In this document: in pieces, positions 37,396 to 45,345 of the stretch
Position numbering within the stretch: position 1 is the first letter of the stretch
How the letters are laid out: each line of letters begins with the position of its first letter
Assembly (NCBI GenBank): GCA_041158765.1
Contig: JBEBAU010000018.1
Coordinates: 2,557 to 66,556, forward strand
DNA: 64,000 nucleotides
Reading direction: 5' to 3'
DNA from: Candidatus Parcubacteria bacterium
GTDB lineage: Bacteria > Patescibacteriota > Minisyncoccia > Phycocordibacterales > PALSA-1337
Position numbers and translations under genes: made by a program
The notes under the pieces: generated by a model
Told to the model about the DNA's origin: nothing
Database searches by the model: none
What the model saw: only the letters and a program-made list of their open reading frames with translations

Positions 37396-37665
37396 ATGAA
37401 AAAAGACATCCATCCAAAGGACTATCGCCAGGTAATCTTCGTTGATAACTCAAACGGAGCGCAGTTTCTTATTTCTTCTACTATCAAGACAAAAGAAACC
37501 GCAAAGTGGACTGATGGTAAGGAGTACCCATCATATGGTCTCGAAATCACCAGCGCTTCACATCCATTCTATACGAATCAGGAGAAGTCACTCGATGCAG
37601 CTGGACGTGTTGAGAAGTTTAAGAGTCGACAATCAAAGTCTACTGCAGCAAAGAAGAAGGCGTAA
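37396..37665 (+). CDS. rpmE: 50S ribosomal protein L31 (type B, no zinc-binding Cys)
   Basis: [25 protein letters not shown]...[12 protein letters not shown] matches L31. Confidence 0.85.
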   Translation: MKKDIHPKDYRQVIFVDNSNGAQFLISSTIKTKETAKWTDGKEYPSYGLEITSASHPFYTNQEKSLDAAGRVEKFKSRQSKSTAAKKKA

Positions 37666-37669
37666 CGTA

Positions 37670-37786
37670 GAAAAAGAATTAAGTGTTTCTTTTAGGAAAC
37701 GCCGTCAAAATCTGCTGATTTTGCGGCTCGCTCTCGGATGTCAAACATCCTGCGAGAGTCCTAAAAGAAACACTTAATTCTTTTTC
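37670..37786 (+). ncRNA. Candidate structured 3'-UTR element, copy 1 (28-bp perfect terminal inverted repeat enclosing two hairpins), 4 nt after the rpmE stop
   Basis: Arms gaaaaagaattaagtgtttcttttagga (37670-37697) and the exact reverse complement (37759-37786); internal hairpins caaaatc/gattttg (loop TGCT) and ggatg/catcc + ctctc/gagag with a UGC bulge; homolog at 33205-33325. Confidence 0.35.
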
Positions 37787-37823
37787 ATATATACCTTATT
37801 CTTGATACAATAATCTAACGACT

Positions 37824-38825
37824 ATGGCACTTGATCTCGAAGCATTACGAAAAAATCACAAGACAGCGTATCTCGCTGAAATGTACGACAAACTGGTCAA
37901 AGACGAGCAGGAGATTTTCACTATGATTGCTGATGCAGAAAAAACTGGCGATGCAGGAATGAAAGAACTCGCACAACATGATCTCGTAAGTATTGCTGAA
38001 CAAAAAAGGGGTACCGAAGCTCAGATTAATGCCATTCTCGAATCAGAACGTGAGGAGATAGAGAATCCAACTGAACTTATTCTCGAAATTCGCGCAGGAG
38101 CGGGAGGTGATGAAGCTGCACTTTTTGCAGAAGAACTCGCAAACATGTACAAACTCTATGCTGAATCTCAAGCATGGTCATTCCGTGTTATTGAAGAGTC
38201 TCGTTCATCTGTTGGTGGGTACAAAGAAGCTTCTTTTGAAATAAAAGGAAAGGGTGTATATGAAGCACTTCGATATGAGACTGGGGTGCATCGAGTTCAG
38301 CGAGTTCCTGAAACAGAAAAGATGGGTCGAGTGCATACTTCTACGGTTACTGTTGCAATTTTGCCAATTCGTAAGAAGGTGAAATTTGAAATCAATCCAA
38401 GTGAAATTGAAATGGAATTTTCTCGTGCAGGAGGAAAGGGAGGACAAAACGTGAACAAGGTTGAGACAGCGGTGCGTCTTGTGCACCGACCAACTGGTAT
38501 TGATGTGCGAGCAACAGCAGAGCGTAGTCAAGCGAAGAACCGCGAGACAGCAATGAGTATCCTCATGGCCAAGCTCGAAGCACTCTACGAAGAACAAGAA
38601 GCGAAGAAATTCTCAGCGAACCGCAAGGGTCAGGTGGGTACCGGAGATCGATCAGAGAAAATTCGCACCTATAACTTCCCACAGGGTCGTGTTACCGACC
38701 ATCGTATTAAGGTGTCTTGGTACAGCATGGACAATATTTTTGCCGGCAAGATTCAGCCAATTATAGACGCTATATATAAGTATAAGGAGACAGGTATTGC
38801 TGGAAATGAGGATGATGCTGAGTGA
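37824..38825 (+). CDS. prfA: Peptide chain release factor 1
   Basis: GGQ motif ([17 protein letters not shown]) and P-E-T tripeptide ([17 protein letters not shown]) of the RF1 PxT type. Confidence 0.85.
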   Translation: MALDLEALRKNHKTAYLAEMYDKLVKDEQEIFTMIADAEKTGDAGMKELAQHDLVSIAEQKRGTEAQINAILESEREEIENPTELILEIRAGAGGDEAALFAEELANMYKLYAESQAWSFRVIEESRSSVGGYKEASFEIKGKGVYEALRYETGVHRVQRVPETEKMGRVHTSTVTVAILPIRKKVKFEINPSEIEMEFSRAGGKGGQNVNKVETAVRLVHRPTGIDVRATAERSQAKNRETAMSILMAKLEALYEEQEAKKFSANRKGQVGTGDRSEKIRTYNFPQGRVTDHRIKVSWYSMDNIFAGKIQPIIDAIYKYKETGIAGNEDDAE

Positions 38826-38912
38826 TTATAAGCAAAAATCTTAATAAGTAAGTTTGTGCCATTTTTATTATCTGATATACTGTTTATACAGTGGCCTTTG
38901 GGCTCCGAGATT

Positions 38913-38940
38913 CCCCGCTTCACGGCGGGGTTTCGTTTTG
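38913..38940. terminator. Hairpin ccccgc ttcacg gcgggg + tttcgtttt, overlapping the stop of the minus-strand toxin gene; bidirectional
   Basis: Seen in sequence downstream of prfA. Confidence 0.5.
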
Positions 38941-39345
38941 TATAACACCAAGCAGTATGAAGGATAATTTCGCTACTACTCGATAAAATGTGAGTACTTT
39001 GAGTCTAGAAATTTTACGAAGGAGGCGCTTGCTGCTAATAGTTCTAATTTGCGACAAGATGAGTTGTGAGGTGTCACCGGTGCTTTGAGTTGAAATCCGA
39101 TATTCACTATCAATAATCTTACTCGTGAAGGGGATTACCCACAGTATATCTTTGGTTACCTTTTTTAAGATAAGTACTGGCCGTTCAAAATTTTCATGTT
39201 TCCCGTCTTGTTCAGATCCTACGTTTACACCAAGTGCGCACCACCAGATTTCGCGTTCATGAAAGAAATCCTCGAATTTTTCAAGATCAAGTTTTTTTAT
39301 TCTCGTATTCCATGAGTCAAAATCTTTTATGTAGCTATTATTCAT
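38920..39345 (-). CDS. PemK/MazF-family (Kid-like) endoribonuclease toxin homolog, with no cognate antitoxin gene evident
   Basis: REIWWCALGVNVGSEQDGKHENFERPVLILKK...VIPFTSK aligns to the PemK/Kid core GEIWLVSLDPTAGHEQQGTRPVLIV...VVPVTS; the C-terminal region is also similar. Confidence 0.5.
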   Translation of the reverse strand: MNNSYIKDFDSWNTRIKKLDLEKFEDFFHEREIWWCALGVNVGSEQDGKHENFERPVLILKKVTKDILWVIPFTSKIIDSEYRISTQSTGDTSQLILSQIRTISSKRLLRKISRLKVLTFYRVVAKLSFILLGVIQNETPP

Positions 39346-39463
39346 ATCTTTACTGTAACAAATAGATATGAAATCTTAATAAAAAATAAAATTGACAAGA
39401 TAGTGATATCTGTGTTAATTTCATTGGGAACTGACGGCAAACCAACAACCAAATTGAAAAACT

Positions 39464-39931
39464 ATGAGCGTAATGACTGCTGTGGATCTCGTAATGAATC
39501 CCAATCGGCCGCTTCTGGAAGCGTTCCTCGCGAATAACTTCCTTAAATTCCGGATTAACCCACGACTTCTTGATGAATCCAAATTCCCTCGGAATCCAGA
39601 ATTGAAGGTGGATCGCTTAATGGCGCATTTCTTCCAGTCGCCCGCTGGCTGTATGCTCGACGAGCTTCCCAAGGAAATGGCCGAACAGATGATGATTCGT
39701 CCGCCTGATGATATTCGCGAAGTTATTGCTCTCGGGAAAATCCTCAAAAATAACTGTGACTATTGGATCTACGCGCCCAAGATTACGGGTTCGACTGATT
39801 TGTTTCTTCGGATCATGCGTCACGATGAGTGGGCGGGTTATGGCATGACGATTTCGCGGCTTCTTGACGCTGAAAAGAATCTCTGGGACCTCGACCAGAT
39901 CGGGTTCTCGAATACGGGCACCGGAGCGTAA
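39464..39931 (+). CDS. Hypothetical protein (GC-elevated)
   Basis: 155-aa ORF with balanced composition; the overlapping minus-strand ORF is Ser/Arg-rich antisense-like. Confidence 0.35.
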   Translation: MSVMTAVDLVMNPNRPLLEAFLANNFLKFRINPRLLDESKFPRNPELKVDRLMAHFFQSPAGCMLDELPKEMAEQMMIRPPDDIREVIALGKILKNNCDYWIYAPKITGSTDLFLRIMRHDEWAGYGMTISRLLDAEKNLWDLDQIGFSNTGTGA

Positions 39932-40037
39932 TTTTTACTACCTGCGTTTATCGCGGGTTTTTTCTTTTCTGGGGCTCAATATAGAGGGGAGGTTGCAAAA
40001 AAGCCCTGTATTTGGTACACTCTCCCCACATTATTTT

Positions 40038-40706
40038 ATGGAAAAAAAGATAGACAATATGTTCAAGGCCGGTGCACACTTTGCTTTTAGCAAGGCTCGC
40101 CGACACCCAACAGCAACGCCATACATTTTTGGCGTGAAGAATAAAGTAGAGATTTTTGATCTCGAAAAGACACATGCAATTCTCGACAAAGCACTCGCTT
40201 TTGTTTCATCTCTTGGAAAAGAAAAGAAGCCAATCCTTATTGTTGGAGGCAAATCAGAAGCTCGAAAGGCTGTTCGAGAAGCTGCAATGGCTCTTAATAT
40301 GCCATTTGTTGATGGACGATGGATTGGAGGTACCCTTACTAATTTCCCAGAAATTCGCCGCCGTGTTGAGAAGCTCGAGAAGCTTACTTCAGAACGAGAG
40401 AAGGGAGAACTTACCAAGTACACCAAGAAGGAGCGACTCCTTATTGATCGAGAGATTTCAAACCTCGAATATATGTTCTCAGGTATTGTTTCATTGAAAG
40501 GAATGCCAGCAGCTCTCATTGTTGTTGACCCAAAGAAAGAGCACATTGCTGTTAAGGAAGCTCAGGATAAGGGTATTCCTGTTATTGCTATTGCAGGATC
40601 AGATTGTAATCTCAATGAAGTTACATTCCCAATCATTGGTAATGATGCTTCACAGACAAGTATTGCATTCTTCGTGAATGAAATCGTAAAGGCATACAAA
40701 GCCTAG
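40038..40706 (+). CDS. rpsB: 30S ribosomal protein S2
   Basis: MEKKIDNMFKAGAHFAFSKARRHP...ILIVGGKSEARKAVREAA...WIGGTLTNF canonical S2; start moved from the track's TTG 39864 to ATG 40038. Confidence 0.9.
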   Translation: MEKKIDNMFKAGAHFAFSKARRHPTATPYIFGVKNKVEIFDLEKTHAILDKALAFVSSLGKEKKPILIVGGKSEARKAVREAAMALNMPFVDGRWIGGTLTNFPEIRRRVEKLEKLTSEREKGELTKYTKKERLLIDREISNLEYMFSGIVSLKGMPAALIVVDPKKEHIAVKEAQDKGIPVIAIAGSDCNLNEVTFPIIGNDASQTSIAFFVNEIVKAYKA

Positions 40707-40786
40707 CCTATAGTCCGGTAATCGGACTTTGTGGTACAATTACTACACGTTTTCTTGTTCCATTTTATTTCATATTTTCTATTTAT

Positions 40787-41380
40787 ATGGCAACTATTAC
40801 AACAGATCAGGTGAAGGCGCTTCGAGATCAGACAGGTATTTCAGTTATGCAGTGTCGTAAGGCTCTCGAAGAAGCTGCTGGAGACATGGATAAGGCTCTC
40901 GTTATTCTTCGTAAGAAGTCTGGTGAACTTGCAGCCAAGAAGGGTGACCGTACATTTGCTGCGGGTGCTATTCAGGCATATGTTCATGCTACAGGACGTG
41001 TTGGAGCAATGGTTGAGCTTGTATGTGAAACAGACTTCGTTTCAGGTAATGAAGAATTCAAGGCTCTTGCACGAGATATTGCTATGCATGTTACTGCTTC
41101 AAATCCAAAGTTTTTGAAAAAGGATGACATTGATGCAACTGCACGAGAGACTGCTAAGTCAGTTTTCATGGAGGAGGTCAAATCAAAGCCAGCTGCAATG
41201 CAAGAGAAGATTCTTGAGGGCAAGCTCGCTACATACTTCGGTGAAATGGTTCTCTTGAATCAGCCGTTTATTAAGAACCCAGAGCTTACTATCGAAGCTC
41301 TTATTCAGGCTGCTATCCAAAAATTCGGCGAGAAGATAGAGGTTGCTCGATTTACGCGCTTCGCGGTACTTGAGAAGTAG
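40787..41380 (+). CDS. tsf: Elongation factor Ts (short form)
   Basis: N-terminal UBA-like ITTDQVKALRDQTGISVMQCRKALEEAAGDMDKA and EF-Ts dimerisation domain; follows rpsB as usual. Confidence 0.85.
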   Translation: MATITTDQVKALRDQTGISVMQCRKALEEAAGDMDKALVILRKKSGELAAKKGDRTFAAGAIQAYVHATGRVGAMVELVCETDFVSGNEEFKALARDIAMHVTASNPKFLKKDDIDATARETAKSVFMEEVKSKPAAMQEKILEGKLATYFGEMVLLNQPFIKNPELTIEALIQAAIQKFGEKIEVARFTRFAVLEK

Positions 41381-41413
41381 CCAAGGCTCTGGTGTAGCCT
41401 ACGCACCACCACT

Positions 41414-41869
41414 ATGTTTGATTCAATGATACTTGTATTTTTCATCACACTCCTCGCAATCGTGGGGATGTTTGTATTGAAAGCAATTGAAATTCGCACA
41501 GGGAAGCAGTCAGTACTATCGAAGCTCGGTAAAAGCACCGATCAGCATGTACACAGTGCATATGATTCTGTTCGATACGTATTGAGTCATATGAATCGCA
41601 ATACTGCAGTGGCAGCTACTCAGTGGGTTGCAGTGCATGTATTGTCATGGCTCCGTGCTGTGTATATCAAGGCATATCACATTGCGCATCGACACCCACA
41701 TTCTAAGAAGGTTATTGATATGGTTCGTGGTAAGGGTGAGGTGAATCTCAATGGCGGTTCATCGTTTTTTTTGAAACAAATTGCGGGAGATAAGGCAACA
41801 GTTGTCGGTGCTGTCGCAGGGGACATGCCAGAGCCACGTCAGACAGTTGCTGAAATTGCAGAAAAATAG
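41414..41869 (+). CDS. Hypothetical protein with an N-terminal TM helix
   Basis: 151-aa ORF; no family recognised. Confidence 0.4.
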   Translation: MFDSMILVFFITLLAIVGMFVLKAIEIRTGKQSVLSKLGKSTDQHVHSAYDSVRYVLSHMNRNTAVAATQWVAVHVLSWLRAVYIKAYHIAHRHPHSKKVIDMVRGKGEVNLNGGSSFFLKQIAGDKATVVGAVAGDMPEPRQTVAEIAEK

Positions 41870-41878
41870 TAAGGTATA

Positions 41879-41906
41879 GGGGCGCACGAGTATACGTGCG
41901 CACTTT
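41879..41906 (+). terminator. Intrinsic terminator (gcgcac gagtatac gtgcgc + acttttg)
   Basis: Seen in sequence just upstream of the tRNA. Confidence 0.45.
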
Positions 41907-41918
41907 TGAAAAGTAAGT

Positions 41919-41994
41919 GCCATCTTAGCTCAGTTGGTAGAGCAACGCTTTTGTAAAGCGAAGGTCCCCAGTTCGAATCTGGGAGATGGCTCCA
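41919..41994 (+). tRNA. tRNA-Thr (anticodon UGU), CCA encoded
   Basis: Hand-folded cloverleaf: acceptor GCCATCT/AGATGGC, D-arm GCTC-AGTTGGTA-GAGC, anticodon arm ACGCT-TTTGTAA-AGCGA (U33, anticodon TGT, A37), T-arm CCCAG-TTCGAAT-CTGGG, discriminator T + CCA. Confidence 0.8.
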
Positions 41995-42014
41995 AGATTT
42001 GGTATAGTAGTTAC

Positions 42015-42749
42015 ATGAAAGGTCATCTTCATCCAATAACGCAGACTATCCGCGAACTCCAAACGATTTTTGCGGAGCTTGGTTTCAATGTGGCACAAGG
42101 TCCAGAACTCGAAACAGAATTCTATAACTTCGATGCACTCAATGTCCCGAAGGATCACCCAGCACGTGATATGCAGGATACATTTTGGATCAAACAAACA
42201 AAAGCAGATCGAGATGCAGGTGCTTCACGACAATTATTGCGAACACACACTTCTTCTGTTCAGATTCGATATATTCAAGAAAAGCTTGCTGCTCACATAA
42301 CGCCACCGTATCGAATTATTGTACCAGGCAAAGTTTTTCGTAATGAAGCAACTGATGCAAGTCACGAAGCGCAATTCTTTCAGATAGAAGGACTTTATGT
42401 TGATAAGAATGTATCACTTGCACAGCTCAAAGGTGTGCTTACTACAATGATGCAGAAGCTTTATGGAGAAGATGTAGCTATTCGATTCCGACCGAGCTTT
42501 TTCCCTTTCACTGAGCCTTCTGTTGAAGTAGATATGCTTTGGAAAAAGGGCGGTGAAGAGAAGTGGCTTGAAATGGGTGGAGCAGGTCTTGTTCATCCGA
42601 ATGTCTTGCGTGCCGCTGGTATTGATCCGAACGTTTGGTCGGGTTTTGCTTTTGGTTTTGGTCTTGATCGTCTGGTAATGCTCAAATACGGCATTGATGA
42701 TATTCGCTCTCTCTACAATGGTGATCTTCGTTTTGTGAATCAATTTTAA
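42015..42749 (+). CDS. pheS: Phenylalanyl-tRNA synthetase alpha subunit (short form, catalytic core only)
   Basis: Class II motifs (FRPSFFPFTEPS..., GAGLVHPNVL, GFAFGFGLDRLVM); start set to MKGHLHPITQ downstream of the tRNA (track start 41934 overlaps the tRNA). Confidence 0.85.
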   Translation: MKGHLHPITQTIRELQTIFAELGFNVAQGPELETEFYNFDALNVPKDHPARDMQDTFWIKQTKADRDAGASRQLLRTHTSSVQIRYIQEKLAAHITPPYRIIVPGKVFRNEATDASHEAQFFQIEGLYVDKNVSLAQLKGVLTTMMQKLYGEDVAIRFRPSFFPFTEPSVEVDMLWKKGGEEKWLEMGGAGLVHPNVLRAAGIDPNVWSGFAFGFGLDRLVMLKYGIDDIRSLYNGDLRFVNQF

Positions 42750-42764
42750 TTACAAGCACTATTT

Positions 42765-44738
42765 ATGAAACTTTCACATACATGGCTTCAGACTTTTTTT
42801 GAAAAACCAATTCCTACGGCTTCAGAGCTCGCGGATCTTTTCACATTTCATTCATTTGAAATTGAAGGTGTTGAAAATGGAGTTATTGATGCGAAGATAT
42901 TACCTGATCGTGCACATTTCTGTCTTTCACACAAAGGCATTGCTGAAGAAATCAGTGTACTTACTGGACAATCTCTCAAACCAAATCGAATTCCTCAAGC
43001 ACCGGCAGCAACACTAGATATTAAGCCGGTAGTTACCATTACTGATACAGCATTCTGTAATCGCTATAGCGCTCGATATGTTGAAAATATACATATTGGT
43101 CCGTCTTCGGAGTGGATAAGCTCAATGCTCACTGCGCTTGGACAGCGTTCAATTAATACTATTGTTGATGCTACTAATATCAATATGTTCGATATTGGTC
43201 AGCCATTACATGCATTTGATGCAGACAAAATCCGCGGCAACATTGTTGTTCGAGCAGCAAAAGACGGCGAAGAAATGCAGCTTCTTGATGCACGTGATCC
43301 CAATGACCGTTCACCGAATGCAAAAGTCTTACCAGGAGTTTTCATCAAACTCACCTCGAATGATTTCGTTATTGCTGATGATGAAGGTCCACTTGCAATT
43401 GCTGGAGTGAAGGGTGGTAAGCGTGCTGGTGTAACTGCTGAAACAAAACGACTCGTAATTGAGGCGGCTCATTTCAATCCTGCTTGTGTACGTCGCACAT
43501 CTACTCGTCTTAATCTTCGTAATGAATCATCGAAGCGTTTTGAAAATGAAATTACTCCAGAGCTTGCCGCAGAGGGCATGAATAATATGTGTGCACTTAT
43601 TGCCGAAATGTGTCCAGAGGCACGATTTGGTCCAGTTGTTGATATATATCCAGTGAAGCCAACACAGACGGTTATTGAGCTTGACCCAGCTTTTGTGAAT
43701 CAGCGTCTCGGTATTGATATTCCCGAAAAAGCGATGAAAGACATTCTCGGTCGAATGAGCATTGGTGTGGCAGGTGAAAAGTCTTGGTCACTTACTATTC
43801 CATTTCATCGTCTTGATCTTACTTGTCGAGAAGACATTGTAGAAGAAATTGGTCGTGTGTATGGATATGAAAAGATTGTGAACACTCCATTACCACAGGC
43901 GTCTCTATCTGGTGTTAATGTGGAATTCTATATCACTGAAAAAATAAAAAATACACTCGTCGGCGAAGCGGGCTTTTCTGAAGTAATGCTCTATACGCTT
44001 GTTCCAAAGGGCGATCTTGAAGTCGCATATCCACTTGCTTCTGATAAGGCATATTTGCGTACGACACTTACACCACTCATGTTGAAGTCACTCGAAAGCA
44101 ATGCTCGTAATGCTGATCTACTCGGGCTTGAAGCTGTGAAGCAGTTTGAAATTGGACATATTTTCACAAAGAATGGCGGTTCTCAGGAATACATTTCACT
44201 TGCAATTGGTGCTGTTCAAGTAAAAAAGGTGAAAGGAGTAAAGAGCGAAATGATTGTTGCGGAGGCTTTCAATACGCTTTCGAAGGCGCTCGGTCTAGCG
44301 AGTGGTTCAGAGCTCAAACCTATTATGAAAACAGAAGGGAATTGTGTTGTTGGAGAAGTTGTTCTTGATAGCGCACTGTTAGCTGCGATAAAAACAGGAG
44401 TATACACCGATCTCGGTTTCAACAAAGCAATTGATATTGTGTACAAACCATTTTCAGTATATCCATTCATCGTTCGAGATATTGCACTCTTTGTTTCGGG
44501 AGGTGAGACTGCCGATGATGTGAAAAAAGCGATTGTTGCGGTCGTGGAGACTGCTGCAGGCAAGCTTCTTGTGAAAGGTCCAGATCTGTTCGACTCATTC
44601 TCAAAAGATGGCAAAACTTCGTATGCATTTCGCATGATATTCCAATCTGCCGATAGAACACTTTCAATTGATGAAATTAATGCCGTCATGGATACAGTCT
44701 ACGGAGCAGTCAAAGCAAAGGGTTGGGAGGTTCGATAA
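42765..44738 (+). CDS. pheT: Phenylalanyl-tRNA synthetase beta subunit (compact, 657 aa)
   Basis: B3/B4, B5 and catalytic-like domains; C-terminal FDSV-like anticodon-binding domain; immediately follows pheS. Confidence 0.85.
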   Translation: MKLSHTWLQTFFEKPIPTASELADLFTFHSFEIEGVENGVIDAKILPDRAHFCLSHKGIAEEISVLTGQSLKPNRIPQAPAATLDIKPVVTITDTAFCNRYSARYVENIHIGPSSEWISSMLTALGQRSINTIVDATNINMFDIGQPLHAFDADKIRGNIVVRAAKDGEEMQLLDARDPNDRSPNAKVLPGVFIKLTSNDFVIADDEGPLAIAGVKGGKRAGVTAETKRLVIEAAHFNPACVRRTSTRLNLRNESSKRFENEITPELAAEGMNNMCALIAEMCPEARFGPVVDIYPVKPTQTVIELDPAFVNQRLGIDIPEKAMKDILGRMSIGVAGEKSWSLTIPFHRLDLTCREDIVEEIGRVYGYEKIVNTPLPQASLSGVNVEFYITEKIKNTLVGEAGFSEVMLYTLVPKGDLEVAYPLASDKAYLRTTLTPLMLKSLESNARNADLLGLEAVKQFEIGHIFTKNGGSQEYISLAIGAVQVKKVKGVKSEMIVAEAFNTLSKALGLASGSELKPIMKTEGNCVVGEVVLDSALLAAIKTGVYTDLGFNKAIDIVYKPFSVYPFIVRDIALFVSGGETADDVKKAIVAVVETAAGKLLVKGPDLFDSFSKDGKTSYAFRMIFQSADRTLSIDEINAVMDTVYGAVKAKGWEVR

Positions 44739-44824
44739 ATTTTATTATTTTTTGATAGGGATTTTATCTCGGATTGATATAGTAACTCTGTCGATATATT
44801 AGTAGTTAATTTTCAGGTGAAATT

Positions 44825-45058
44825 ATGCTATATTCAGTATCAATGAAGAGTAAAAAACTCCGTTTTGATGTCTTTTTTGAAAGTGGCTGGTATACAGCGT
44901 CATGTCTCGATGCGTTTATTGTTACGCAAGGGAAGACTTTCAAAGTGCTTGAGATGAATATTCGCGAGGCAGTTGAGTTGCATTTTGCTGATGAAATCAA
45001 AAAGAAGCTATTCAATCCAGTTATTTCCTTGAAGTACGTTTTGTCCGCGAATGCCTAA
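44825..45058 (+). CDS. hicB: HicB-family antitoxin (UPF0150 fold)
   Basis: FESGWYTASCLDAFIVTQGKTFKVLEMNIREAVELHF resembles the HicB/UPF0150 core; overlaps the downstream hicA by 8 nt. Confidence 0.55.
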   Translation: MLYSVSMKSKKLRFDVFFESGWYTASCLDAFIVTQGKTFKVLEMNIREAVELHFADEIKKKLFNPVISLKYVLSANA

Positions 45059-45281
45059 ATTAAAAGTCTTGTCGTCAAAGGACATTACAAAAATGTTCAG
45101 TGATTTTGGATTTGAGCACATTAATACAAAAGGAAGTCATATACACATGAGATACAGAGGTATATTAGCCACAATTCCTCTAAGTGCAGAGATACCAAAA
45201 GGCACACTCAAGGCAATATATAGACAGGCTGCAATTGTAATTCCAAAAGCTGAACTTGATGCAATGTTTTATACAAAATAG
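45051..45281 (+). CDS. hicA: HicA-family mRNA interferase toxin (YcfA-like)
   Basis: LKVLSSKDITKMFSDFGFEHINTKGSHIHMRY...IPLSAEIPKGTLKAIYRQAAI matches the HicA signature (GSH...G, GTL..I..QAG-like). Confidence 0.6.
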   Translation: MPKLKVLSSKDITKMFSDFGFEHINTKGSHIHMRYRGILATIPLSAEIPKGTLKAIYRQAAIVIPKAELDAMFYTK

Positions 45282-45345
45282 CGCCTTTTCACTGGTTGTT
45301 TAATTTGGTATACTATTGAGACAAAATAAACAATAATAGAGCGAT

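Noticed and set aside
36628-37413. 261-aa minus-strand ORF overlapping gmk
   Set aside because: Antisense to a clearly identified guanylate kinase. Arg/Ser-rich, with no family resemblance.
39346-39420. 24-aa peptide frame (MKLTQISLSCQFYFLLRFHIYLLQ) immediately upstream of the toxin
   Set aside because: Too short and too hydrophobic for a proteic antitoxin. Likely just promoter DNA.
39421-39747. 108-aa minus-strand ORF upstream of the PemK-like toxin as a candidate antitoxin
   Set aside because: Ser/Arg/Gly-rich low-complexity translation antisense to a better plus-strand ORF. No RHH, AbrB or MazE-like features. It ends 75 nt from the toxin start rather than overlapping or abutting it.
39864-40037. 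Upstream TTG start for rpsB from the ORF track (and analogous upstream starts at 19005 for grpE, 62036 for mraZ, 52911 for the dehydrogenase, 2946 for the hypothetical)
   Set aside because: The extensions are not conserved N-termini. They overlap terminators or operator repeats. In each case an internal ATG gives the canonical family N-terminus.
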